From the IMG/VR virus record IMGVR_UViG_3300025892_000008: a DNA stretch of 64,000 bases; one strand, given 5' to 3'. This document shows positions 55,701 through 64,000 of this stretch, piece by piece. The notes beneath the pieces are model-generated. The model did not search any database and had not been told where the DNA came from. It saw only the letters and a list, made by a program, of their open reading frames with translations. The position numbers were made by a program, and so were the translations under genes. The stretch is from a virus (lineage: Duplodnaviria > Caudoviricetes). Numbering within the stretch: position 1 is the first letter of the stretch; each line of letters opens with the position of its first letter.

Positions 55701-58700
55701 CTTCTGCTACTGAACCAAACGATCCGTATGAGTTGTTACCGTTTGTACCTCTAATTCTTCCACCTTCTGTAGCCAAGTAACCAATGTGTGAGTAATATGT
55801 AAACACTGATACAAGCTCTGCTCTACCATTGTTTGCTACCCAAGCACCAATACCATCACTAATTAATTGTGTAAAGTCGTTTGATACTATTGAATCGTTA
55901 CCGCCTGCGTGTAATGCTCCATCAATTTTTTGTCCAATTGCAGCATTACCAAATGTTGCAACGTTTTGTACATATGGTGAACGTGCAATAATCCAAGTAC
56001 GGAAGTCATCTACTCCCCAACCTGGATCTAATGAAGCGTAAGCACCTGCTGATACTCTAGATGTTCCATATTCGTTTGGTGGTAATACGTCTCCACGTAA
56101 TCCGTCAAGTGTCATATTACGTAAACCAGTTCCGTTACGTAAGTAGAAGAAATCTTCTTCCATGCTACCTGTAACTGAATTGGCATAATATCTTGCGCAA
56201 TATCTTGATTTATAATTTGAAGACCATTGTAAATCCCATTTCATTGCATCAATATATTTGTCTACATCTCTAGCACATGCTGTTTCGCTATAAACTATTT
56301 CAACACCCATTGTACCGCCTGATGCTGTTGATAATCCAAGAGCATTAGCACCGTATCTAGTTGTGCTTACAGTAAACGATGTTGCATTAATAATTTCTTT
56401 TACATAATAAGTTGTGCCTGTTGCTAATCCACCAATTACAGTTCCTGTAAATTGTATTGCAACATTTCTTACTAGCCAACTAGTATCAGTTATTGTTAAA
56501 GAATTTGTACCAGCGTCTGTTGCTGTTGCAGTATCGCTAAATGTTTGATCGATATATGCAGCAACTTCTGCTTTAATAAATGCTCTATTTTCTTCAAGTT
56601 TTAATCTAGCATAGTCTCTGTTTCTAACATCAGTTGCACAAACATCTCCTTCGTTTGTTGCACTAAAGAATATTGTGTCTAATTTATCCATCAATAATAC
56701 AACTCTTGCTGCGGCTGTTGCATCACTGTTTAAGTATGTTGCAGTATCAGCAGCAATTATTCTTGCTAGTTCTTTGAAAGACGCTCTAGTAGCGGCTTTT
56801 TGTCCTTTAGTGTATACATCGCTTGAAGTACTACGCAAATATGCTATTGCTGCAATGTGTGTTGCAAAATTTGTTGAGTCTGCGTTAGATGCTCCAGCAC
56901 CTAACATAAAGTCAAACATAACTGCTTCGAGAATTAATCTTGTATCTCTTTTACACTTAGCAGAATCATATGTAAGTGTAGGAAAGTTGTTAGTAATGTA
57001 AGTAGTAACCAGTGTTGCAAGGGCCTCTTGCTGCGCATCTAAGGTCTCTGCAGCGGTGATAAGTGCTGTTGTTGAACTTACAGCATTAGTAACTGCTGGA
57101 TAGTTCTCAACGTGAGCTGGTACACTTAGTCCTGTTGCATCTGTTAATGTAACAACACTTCCACCAAATGTTAAACTAACTGTGAAAGTAGTTGCTGCTG
57201 GTGTGCTTATAATCCAATATTTTGTATTTGCTACTAAGTTATTTGAACTTTCTAAAGGAATAAATGCATCGCCAACTTGTAATCCGTGTGCTGCACTTGT
57301 TGTAATAACATTTGATGCTGTTGTAGTTACAGTAACAAACGGTAAGTCTGCTCCTGTTGAATCTCCAGCAAGTGTATTAAGTATAATATCAAAGTTATCT
57401 GATACAAATGTTGCGGGTGTAGCACCTGCATCTGAATTCAGATAACGTGGAGTATTAGTTTGTAAAGGTGTAATTGCTTGGTTCCTTACAATTTGTCCTA
57501 ATAATGTTTTTAAGTAATTGTATGCTGCAATAGTCTGTGTAACTGCATTACTATTCAATGCACTTGTAGAACTTTCTCCATCCCAATATGCTTTTGCTGC
57601 ATTTAGTGTTTGATAATTTCCACCATAAGTTAAATCATAACTTAAAGCATCTACAATGTAACCAACATCTTGTCTACATTTAGTTTTACTGTATTTTAAA
57701 GTTGAATAGTTATTTGTAATATACTGAATAACTTCTTCTTGTAGGAATTTTTTATTTTCAGTAACGTTTTCTTTAGCGGTACCATAACCTGCCAAGTAAC
57801 CCGCATTGTATCCTGTTGGCTCTGTTAAATTGGTTGTATGTTTTACACCAAGTTTAAAATCAATTTGCTCCATGATTACATCGGCTAACTTCGCTGTAAG
57901 TGCTGGTGTTTCGGTATCGTCTGCTACAGGCCATGTTTGGTCTTGTGTAGTTGTGTTTCCTGTAGTAGGAGTTACTGTTGTACCTTGTACAACATTGTCA
58001 ATGAATCCTTTCAAGTGTTTCAAAGTTTCTATAGAGTAGTATGAATCAGTTATGTCAGTACCGCTTTCAGTTGCGTCAGCCGCATCAACGTTTACTGTTC
58101 TAACTTCATCACCTAATATACAAACTTCTGCTGGAACAATGATAGGTAATATTTCTTTGTACTGTCCTGCTTTTACATACACTAATGCATTAGGTACAAT
58201 TCTTTCTGGAATTGCACTTGTGTCGCCTGCTGTGACAGTATCTGTTACAATCTTTAATAGTGATGCTACAGATGTAGTAACACCTGTTTCAGTTACAAGA
58301 GTAGTGTTAAAGTATTGGTCTGCAACTGCTGTTGAGTCAGTACCATCTTGATATGCAACTGCTGGTGCTGTATTTGCTAATACATTACCCATAATTGTTT
58401 CTAGGTATGTGTATGCTGCTACAGACTGTTGAGCTTCTGCTGCAAGTCCTGCACCACCATAAACTTTATCTTCTGATGCTGCTGAAAATTCGCCATCTGC
58501 ACTAAATCCGTTAACAAAAGATAGTGCTGCTGCACGTACTTTTAAATTTCCGCCGTGTCCAAGATCCCAAATAATTCTATCAATTATAAAACCAACGTCT
58601 CTTTCACATTTGTATTCGTCGAAATCAAAACCGTTCCAAATACCAGAGCCGCCTGCGTTAGCAACTTGATATTGGATCCAACTTGAAGTTTCTCTTTGTA

Positions 58701-60477
58701 AGAATACTCTATTTCTTTCTAACAAATGCTGTGCGTTAGGATTTCTTGGTCCATCTTCTATTTGTTCACAAGCATATCTAATTGTTTTAAATGGTCTATC
58801 AAGTGATGAACCGTGAACTGGTGAAAGTCCATCTGTTCCGTGCGGAGCAACGTAATAGATTTGATCTGTTTTTCCTAATGATTTCCATTCTGGAAGTGTT
58901 CCTGTTGATACTAGAACTTGTCCTTCTTCTCCAATCGGAAGTCTTGTTGGTCCAGCACCTGAGTAGTAAACCATATCACCTTCAGTTGTCAATACTGAAA
59001 CATCACTACCAATTGTAAATGCATTCCAATACGTTCCTGAAATATCTTGATCTGGTCTTGAATTGTCTGCGCCGCCACCTGCTGCGCCTACTGTTGATCC
59101 ATCGTCACCTTCTGATCTATGATTTAGTATACAGATATAACTGTTTGAACCAAAGCGTACAACGTCACCTACAAAATATCCATTGTCATCAGTCCATGTA
59201 CCTTGCCAAGCAAAACCGCTGGCTACTTGATACCAATATGTTGTGTTAGGAGCAATTGCTGCTGCTCTACCAACCATAGTTCCTGTAGCAGTTGTAGGAA
59301 CAAATTCAGTTCCTGCTGGCGCTATAGAAATAGTAAACTTCGTTGCGTTAGTAACTGTTTTAATATAATATGTTGCACCTTCAAATACATTTCCAATTGT
59401 ACCTGATGTAAATCTAACAGCCATGTTTGCAACAAGTGCAGAAGTATCTGCTACTGTAAATGTGTTATCAACTGCAGATGTTGCAGTAACACTTAGTACA
59501 GTTGAAGGAGAATCCTTAACTGCTCTGTATGTATATCCGTTTAATCTAACAGCATCACCAATCTTATATGATGTGTTAATAGACCAATCGCCTTGGTATG
59601 TAAAGTTTTCGCTTAATAAATCCCAATCAGTTTGACTTGATGCTGTAGGAACTGTTCCTGTGTGTTGTGTTTTTGATACATATTGGTTACCACCATATCT
59701 TACAATATCGCCTGACTGATAAGGAGTACCAATGTTCCAATTATTTTCGTATTCAAAACCTTCTACAAACTGTTCCCAGTATCCGCTAGTTACGTCTGCT
59801 GCAAAATCTGTTGTTGAAGTATGACTCTGAGCTGCCTTGACTATCCATAAGCCAGCGCCTCTCTTAACAACATCATTAACTTTATATCTAGTTGCTGGTG
59901 CCCAATCGGCTTTGTATTCAATTCCTTGATTGAAATAATCCCAATAACTTTGTTGTGCTTCTAAACCATCTGCAACTGTAGCAGTTGAAGTATGTGCTGT
60001 TTTACAAACATAAGTTGTTCCGCCATACTTGACTAAATCGTTTACTTTGTATCTTGTTAATACAGTCCAATCAGTTTTCCAATCAAAACCTTCAGCAAAT
60101 AAATCCCACTTGGTTGTGTCTACTTCTAATCCAGTTGTAGTTTCAGCGCCTGCGGCTCCTGTTCCTAAACTTGAATTTGATGTGTGAGAATCATTACAAA
60201 GGTATAGTAAACCACCATATTTAACAACGTCGTTAATTTTGTAAAATGTAGATACTGCCCAATCGCCTTTCCAGGATTGACCATCGCTCATTTGATTCCA
60301 TTTAGTCGGACTATACTCTAAATCTGTGTTAAAATCTGTTGAGTCTGATGTATGTCCTACCGCACAAATGTAAGTACGGCCGCCATATCGTATAACGTCA
60401 TCGACGTAGTACGTTGAAGAAGGTGCCCAAGAGTCCTTCCAAACAAATCTAATTCTACCTAGTTTAAATTCAGCCAT
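52738..60477 (-). CDS. Giant virion structural protein (2579 aa; baseplate/long fibre-type)
   Basis: Seven W...T.Y...D.V.YGG..Y repeats, repeated helical and beta modules, beta-helix-like SPY.QN..TFG region, propeller-like W..V.YG repeats, C-terminal YSQVRLTGHDFL. Confidence 0.8.
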   Translation of the reverse strand: MAEFKLGRIRFVWKDSWAPSSTYYVDDVIRYGGRTYICAVGHTSDSTDFNTDLEYSPTKWNQMSDGQSWKGDWAVSTFYKINDVVKYGGLLYLCNDSHTSNSSLGTGAAGAETTTGLEVDTTKWDLFAEGFDWKTDWTVLTRYKVNDLVKYGGTTYVCKTAHTSTATVADGLEAQQSYWDYFNQGIEYKADWAPATRYKVNDVVKRGAGLWIVKAAQSHTSTTDFAADVTSGYWEQFVEGFEYENNWNIGTPYQSGDIVRYGGNQYVSKTQHTGTVPTASSQTDWDLLSENFTYQGDWSINTSYKIGDAVRLNGYTYRAVKDSPSTVLSVTATSAVDNTFTVADTSALVANMAVRFTSGTIGNVFEGATYYIKTVTNATKFTISIAPAGTEFVPTTATGTMVGRAAAIAPNTTYWYQVASGFAWQGTWTDDNGYFVGDVVRFGSNSYICILNHRSEGDDGSTVGAAGGGADNSRPDQDISGTYWNAFTIGSDVSVLTTEGDMVYYSGAGPTRLPIGEEGQVLVSTGTLPEWKSLGKTDQIYYVAPHGTDGLSPVHGSSLDRPFKTIRYACEQIEDGPRNPNAQHLLERNRVFLQRETSSWIQYQVANAGGSGIWNGFDFDEYKCERDVGFIIDRIIWDLGHGGNLKVRAAALSFVNGFSADGEFSAASEDKVYGGAGLAAEAQQSVAAYTYLETIMGNVLANTAPAVAYQDGTDSTAVADQYFNTTLVTETGVTTSVASLLKIVTDTVTAGDTSAIPERIVPNALVYVKAGQYKEILPIIVPAEVCILGDEVRTVNVDAADATESGTDITDSYYSIETLKHLKGFIDNVVQGTTVTPTTGNTTTQDQTWPVADDTETPALTAKLADVIMEQIDFKLGVKHTTNLTEPTGYNAGYLAGYGTAKENVTENKKFLQEEVIQYITNNYSTLKYSKTKCRQDVGYIVDALSYDLTYGGNYQTLNAAKAYWDGESSTSALNSNAVTQTIAAYNYLKTLLGQIVRNQAITPLQTNTPRYLNSDAGATPATFVSDNFDIILNTLAGDSTGADLPFVTVTTTASNVITTSAAHGLQVGDAFIPLESSNNLVANTKYWIISTPAATTFTVSLTFGGSVVTLTDATGLSVPAHVENYPAVTNAVSSTTALITAAETLDAQQEALATLVTTYITNNFPTLTYDSAKCKRDTRLILEAVMFDFMLGAGASNADSTNFATHIAAIAYLRSTSSDVYTKGQKAATRASFKELARIIAADTATYLNSDATAAARVVLLMDKLDTIFFSATNEGDVCATDVRNRDYARLKLEENRAFIKAEVAAYIDQTFSDTATATDAGTNSLTITDTSWLVRNVAIQFTGTVIGGLATGTTYYVKEIINATSFTVSTTRYGANALGLSTASGGTMGVEIVYSETACARDVDKYIDAMKWDLQWSSNYKSRYCARYYANSVTGSMEEDFFYLRNGTGLRNMTLDGLRGDVLPPNEYGTSRVSAGAYASLDPGWGVDDFRTWIIARSPYVQNVATFGNAAIGQKIDGALHAGGNDSIVSNDFTQLISDGIGAWVANNGRAELVSVFTYYSHIGYLATEGGRIRGTNGNNSYGSFGSVAEGFDSTETPGTAIVDNRLQFESTVGSVMTDAANKILNFEFTNAGSEYTETQWGLFGAGSNATAEQDKEFRDDSVFEVRLLDNVDDSTSAPEAAGNYGGFGYITNSNTAQGGTTSQITIAATDSETSLAYIGMRVYLDGGTGVGQFGNIATYNSGTKVATVTKPSTGAAGWDHIVPGTTIAAPDASTTYTIEPQVAFTAPTHSTTARTTNGSTTWTGITYSEFYNTYATISQNSTTGSGSGATFNVTAKGTKYRVDLIAGGTGYAANEVLTFNGAAVGGTTGANNITITITSVNASSGAILAFDKDGTARGGTFVAISSASGTTTNASLDASTFTAGTALPVSTTWTGIAAGRLQRVISAGNFVVGRSYTITTPGDTPWLSIGSTSIVTGTTFVATGVGSFTTIAGEARENAAAIVAIAGGSGVDDVAYSLDAGATYVAGGNLPSTGTWNAIGYGAGNFMAIKTGTNAVALSITNGVSWTSPGTLPSATTWESIAYGQGYWVAVASGGTAAAYSSDLGVTWTAATLPSSSNWSSVTYGNNRFVAVSSTNGTVAAVSIDGGVTWIASTLPATAQWSNIEYGQGMFVAVSNGANYATSPDGIVWTARTHAESNGLVATAFGNPQQVGSFLGVRQGSGNGAMQIKAGATTTGRAFVATEKIFAIRLVEPGSGYSTAPTLTITDPNNTYEAPTQVRIGKGALGCPSFTNRGTGYTSASADLLSGNGFADLFQSGQFVAVRRLSKIPAVGSNVVFGHLPERTFKLVQVISLLGSYDGSYTAFLQIAPDVTVFDTPPDGATVTTRIRYSQVRLTGHDFLDVGTGGFTTTNYPNTPTQLPDQANETKDNNGGRVFFTSTDQDGNFRVGDLFTIEQSTGVATLNADAFNISGLQELTLGEVTLGGNSASVQEFSTDPFFSANSDNIVPTQRAIKSYISSQIGGGGASLNVNSVTAGFITIQNNTITTTTGGVIEMNAKFNFKGGVVGLPLAYNYFLN
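59112..60441 (-). repeat. Seven ~50-aa carbohydrate-binding-module (CBM5/12, ChtBD3)-like repeats
   Basis: For example WAPSSTYYVDDVIRYGGRTYIC, WAVSTFYKINDVVKYGGLLYLC, WTVLTRYKVNDLVKYGGTTYVC. Confidence 0.7.
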
Positions 60478-60527
60478 TGTATCTTTCCATTGTTATATTA
60501 TATTTATCCATGTTACTATAGTTCTCC

Positions 60528-63500
60528 CTAAAGATCCTCTTCTCTTCTTAAAAATAGTTGTTGTCCTACTAACGTTCCGCTAATATTTGCATCAGATCCT
60601 CTAAACGCTACAGGTCCTGGGAACAATACTTCGAGGCTAGCAACGTTGTCAATTAGATTAGGTCCTACCTTAATAGTACCAGCAATAAAGCTCGCTGTTA
60701 GTAGATCAGATCCACCAACATTTAATCTATTTTGTAAGTATGCTTTAATTGCTCTTTGTGTTGGTACAACATTATTACTATCTTGTGTAAATGCAGGATC
60801 TGTTGAAAATTCTCTAACAACTGCTCCTGAACCACCTAGTCTAACACCACCAAGTGCTAGTTCAGTTAATCCACCTAGATCAAAGAAGTCAGCACTAATA
60901 GTTACAATACCTGTTGCCTGTTCAACAGCAAATAATTCTCCACATCTAAAGTTACCGTTTTGGTCTGTTGATGTATAGAATACACGTCCACCGTTAAGTT
61001 CTACAACTTCATTTTCTGGTGCACCTGTATAAATTCCTGTTGAATAAAGTACAGGATAGTTTGTTTGTACTGCGTTTCCTGTTCCTACGTCAAGGAAGTC
61101 GTGTCCAGTAATCCTAACCTGTGAATATCTTTCTCTAATTTCTACTTGTGACGTATGTTCTAAGAAATCACTTAGTGTTAGTTTAGGAGTTATTCTAAAT
61201 AATACTGTTTGGCTTCCGTTACTATCAGTGTTTTCAAGTGTTGAAGTTTGAGTAGTATAAAATTCTGTTGCACCACGGAATCTTAACTGTGTTCCAGGAC
61301 CTGGTACTGGACCAATTATTCCTGAAATAGTTACAAACTGTCCTTTTGGTATAACATCTGCAAAACCATCTCCTAATACGCTTACCTGTGTGCTTGAAGT
61401 TCTATAACCTGCGCCTCTGTTTACCCAACTAGGTTGGCCAAGTACAGCATCGCCCATTCTTATTTCAACATATGCATCAATTGTATTACCAGGATCAGTA
61501 ATTGTAAGTGTTGGTTGACTATCGTTGTATCCGCTACCTACGTCCCACATTCTTACTTCAGAAATATTTCTGCTTTCAACAATAATTCTTCCTTTTGCTC
61601 TTGATCCTGTTAAAATTTTATTACCAGTAGCAACATCTTTAGCAACTGCAATCCATGTGCCTGTGCTGTTTGATTGTGTAGTTGAGTCACCAGTTGAAAT
61701 ATCAGGATTTCCAAAACCTATTCCTGTCCAATTAGATGTTTGTGTTAATGTTCTCTCTGTCCATGTTACTCCATCTTCTGATGATGCAGCATAATTAGAA
61801 GTAGCATCTACAGGGTCGTCTCCACCAATAGTACGTTGATCAGTATCACCAATTGCAATGAAAACACCTTGTCCGTATCTAACCATTTTCCAGTCATGTG
61901 CTGTTGAACCATCTTGTGTTGGCATTACAGATCCATACCATATCGTTCCGTCGAAACTGTATGCAATTTCGCCAGTTCCTGATATAGTAACAAATCTGTT
62001 ATTACCATATGTGATTGTTTTCCAATCCTTAGTTGATGAATCATCAATCACGTCCATAATTTCTGGATTCCATGTCCAAGCATCTGTAACTGAATTATAT
62101 TCGCCTACTGCTACAAAGTTACCACTGTTTGCAACTGCTACAAATCTTCCTGCACCATAAGCAACATCAACCCATTCGTTAAATGTTGAATCACCTATGT
62201 CAGGTAATGTAGTTGCTTTCCAAGTTTGACCGCCGTCTGTACTATATACACCTGCATCAGTATTTGCTGCAACTGCTAGGAATACTCCGTTGCCGGTGCC
62301 GTTAGATGATTTACCATATACAACTGAATTCCAATTTCTATCATAAGGCAAACTAACAGAAGTCCAACTAGTTCCATTTGTACTGTATGCTGCAAAACTA
62401 GTACCTCTAGATAATGTAACAAAAGCATTTCCGCCTGCTGCAACACATTTCCAATTTCCAGACAGTGGAAGTGTTCCTACTGTCCAAGTTTCGCCATCGG
62501 AACTGTATGTAAAATCTGCTCCAGCGGTTGGTGTTACTACAAATTTTCCACTATCTGCTGTTCCTGTATGTTCCCATCTTACTAATGTATTTGTACTATC
62601 TTCAGAAACTTCTAATACAGTAATAACTAAATCATGTTCACCGGCTGTTCCGCCCAGTGCAGCGCCGTCGATAGTAATTTCTTGGCCAACTTCGTATCCT
62701 GACCCTACTTCAACATTTGTTATTGTATATTTTCTTGCAACTTTTGTAACATTCCATGTTGCTTCTGCAATAGGTGTACCTGTTCCGCCTGTTGTTGTTC
62801 CTTGAACAGCACTAAAAGATGCTGTAGTTTCTCCATATGCAACATTTGCCCATGCGTTAGTAGCACCCATGTTAATATCGCCTACTGTAAACCCTGGATG
62901 GCTAAATGTTGGTCTTGGTTCTAATCTGTAAGTATTGTCTGTGAACAATGATGTTTGTGCTGGTGTTCCTGGAATAACATGATCCCAGCCTGCAACGTCA
63001 TCTGATTCTCTTGACACATTACAAACTTTTGAAGTAGGATTATAAGAAGTTACGTAACCGTACTGCCCAGCACCTTTTCCGCTTGTAATAATTAATCTTA
63101 AACCTAGTATTTCTGCTTCTGTACTATCATCATTAGTTGCTAGTGTTAGTGATGTTGTTGTTCCTGTCTGTGCATTGTTACCTTTGTTAGTATAACCGCC
63201 AGCACCTACAGTTCCGCCTGGATCTGTTGGAGCATTTTTTACTAATGCTTCAAAAACTGCATCATCGCGGAAATCTTCTTGTTTAACTTGTGCATTAACA
63301 CCAGACCCAACAAATGTGTAATCAGCCTGGGTATAATTTTCGCCTGCGTTTGTATATTCAAGTATTAGTATTTCGTCATTTACTTCTCCAGCAAACGCTG
63401 ATGCAACTATTGCTTGTCCTGTTCTGTTGTCAACTTCTGCAAATGCAGGTGTTTCTGTAGGATCGTTACCATCTGAAACTGCACCAAAGTCACCATATGA

Positions 63501-64000
63501 ACTGTTACCGTTAGTAGCACGAATAACTCCGCCTTTCTCTGCAAACATACCAATCTGATTGTAGTATGTAAACACTGATACTAGTTCTCCTCTACCATTG
63601 TTTAACACCCATGCACCTATACCATCACTGATAACCTGTGTAAAGTCATTTGATGTAATTGATTTGTTTCCGCCGTTATGTAATGCACCATCAATTTTCT
63701 GTCCTATACAATTTGCTCCAAATGTTGTACAGTTTTGTATGTATGGTGAACGCTTCATAATCCAACATCTTGTATCGGCCGGACCCCAACCTGGATCAAG
63801 TGAAATATATGCACCGCCGGTTGGTCTTTTATATAATTCAAAAACTTCTGGTGGATTAAGTGTTCCTGATAAGTTTTTAAGTGTAAAATCTTTTATGCCT
63901 GTAGCATTTCTAACATAAAACATGTCTTCAGTGTCAGACCCGTTAACTTTATTTTTATAATATCTTGCAGCCTGAAAAGAAGCATAATTTCCAACGTAAG
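60528..64000 (-). CDS. Paralog of the giant virion protein; 5' end lies beyond the window
   Basis: The frame stays open to base 64000 (YVGNYASFQAARYYKNKVNGSDTEDMFYVRN aligns with SNYKSRYCARYYANSVTGSMEEDFFYLRN of the 2579-aa protein), so the track start is internal. Confidence 0.85.
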   Translation of the reverse strand, partial: YVGNYASFQAARYYKNKVNGSDTEDMFYVRNATGIKDFTLKNLSGTLNPPEVFELYKRPTGGAYISLDPGWGPADTRCWIMKRSPYIQNCTTFGANCIGQKIDGALHNGGNKSITSNDFTQVISDGIGAWVLNNGRGELVSVFTYYNQIGMFAEKGGVIRATNGNSSYGDFGAVSDGNDPTETPAFAEVDNRTGQAIVASAFAGEVNDEILILEYTNAGENYTQADYTFVGSGVNAQVKQEDFRDDAVFEALVKNAPTDPGGTVGAGGYTNKGNNAQTGTTTSLTLATNDDSTEAEILGLRLIITSGKGAGQYGYVTSYNPTSKVCNVSRESDDVAGWDHVIPGTPAQTSLFTDNTYRLEPRPTFSHPGFTVGDINMGATNAWANVAYGETTASFSAVQGTTTGGTGTPIAEATWNVTKVARKYTITNVEVGSGYEVGQEITIDGAALGGTAGEHDLVITVLEVSEDSTNTLVRWEHTGTADSGKFVVTPTAGADFTYSSDGETWTVGTLPLSGNWKCVAAGGNAFVTLSRGTSFAAYSTNGTSWTSVSLPYDRNWNSVVYGKSSNGTGNGVFLAVAANTDAGVYSTDGGQTWKATTLPDIGDSTFNEWVDVAYGAGRFVAVANSGNFVAVGEYNSVTDAWTWNPEIMDVIDDSSTKDWKTITYGNNRFVTISGTGEIAYSFDGTIWYGSVMPTQDGSTAHDWKMVRYGQGVFIAIGDTDQRTIGGDDPVDATSNYAASSEDGVTWTERTLTQTSNWTGIGFGNPDISTGDSTTQSNSTGTWIAVAKDVATGNKILTGSRAKGRIIVESRNISEVRMWDVGSGYNDSQPTLTITDPGNTIDAYVEIRMGDAVLGQPSWVNRGAGYRTSSTQVSVLGDGFADVIPKGQFVTISGIIGPVPGPGTQLRFRGATEFYTTQTSTLENTDSNGSQTVLFRITPKLTLSDFLEHTSQVEIRERYSQVRITGHDFLDVGTGNAVQTNYPVLYSTGIYTGAPENEVVELNGGRVFYTSTDQNGNFRCGELFAVEQATGIVTISADFFDLGGLTELALGGVRLGGSGAVVREFSTDPAFTQDSNNVVPTQRAIKAYLQNRLNVGGSDLLTASFIAGTIKVGPNLIDNVASLEVLFPGPVAFRGSDANISGTLVGQQLFLRREEDL

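Noticed and set aside
290-63918. The many short track ORFs nested in or antisense to long genes
   Set aside because: They are fully overlapped by motif-bearing genes, have no SD or promoter, and show shadow-frame composition.
1-64000. CRISPR arrays, tRNA or rRNA genes, integrase, transposase, DGR reverse transcriptase or template/variable repeat pairs
   Set aside because: I found no spaced direct repeats, cloverleafs or such motifs by eye; the repeats seen are coding tandem repeats.

Overview
This is 64 kb of a large, AT-rich T4-like myovirus genome, probably an aquatic jumbo phage, with most genes on the minus strand. From left to right it contains: (1) a cupin and the UvsW helicase region; (2) a ~10 kb glycan island with five paralogous GT-B (KpsS/KpsC-like) proteins, two GT-A enzymes, a nucleotidyltransferase-cupin, an AsnB-type amidotransferase and methyltransferases; (3) uvsY-uvsX-ssb; (4) a 23-codon pqqA (PQQ precursor peptide) gene absent from the ORF track, with its own apparent promoter and terminator; (5) packaging, head-completion, tube, sheath, dNMP kinase and neck genes; (6) fibre proteins and a subtilase carrying a large insertion; (7) an ADP-heptose pathway plus a GT9-like enzyme, a carbamoyltransferase and three 2OG-Fe(II) oxygenases embedded among tail-fibre genes; (8) two giant paralogous virion proteins, the second running off the window. 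Nine genes have the late-promoter core TAA(A/G)TA exactly 5 nt before ATG with no Shine-Dalgarno, suggesting leaderless late mRNAs. I saw no tRNA, rRNA, CRISPR array, integrase, transposase or reverse transcriptase. All calls come from motif recognition by eye; no database search was run.
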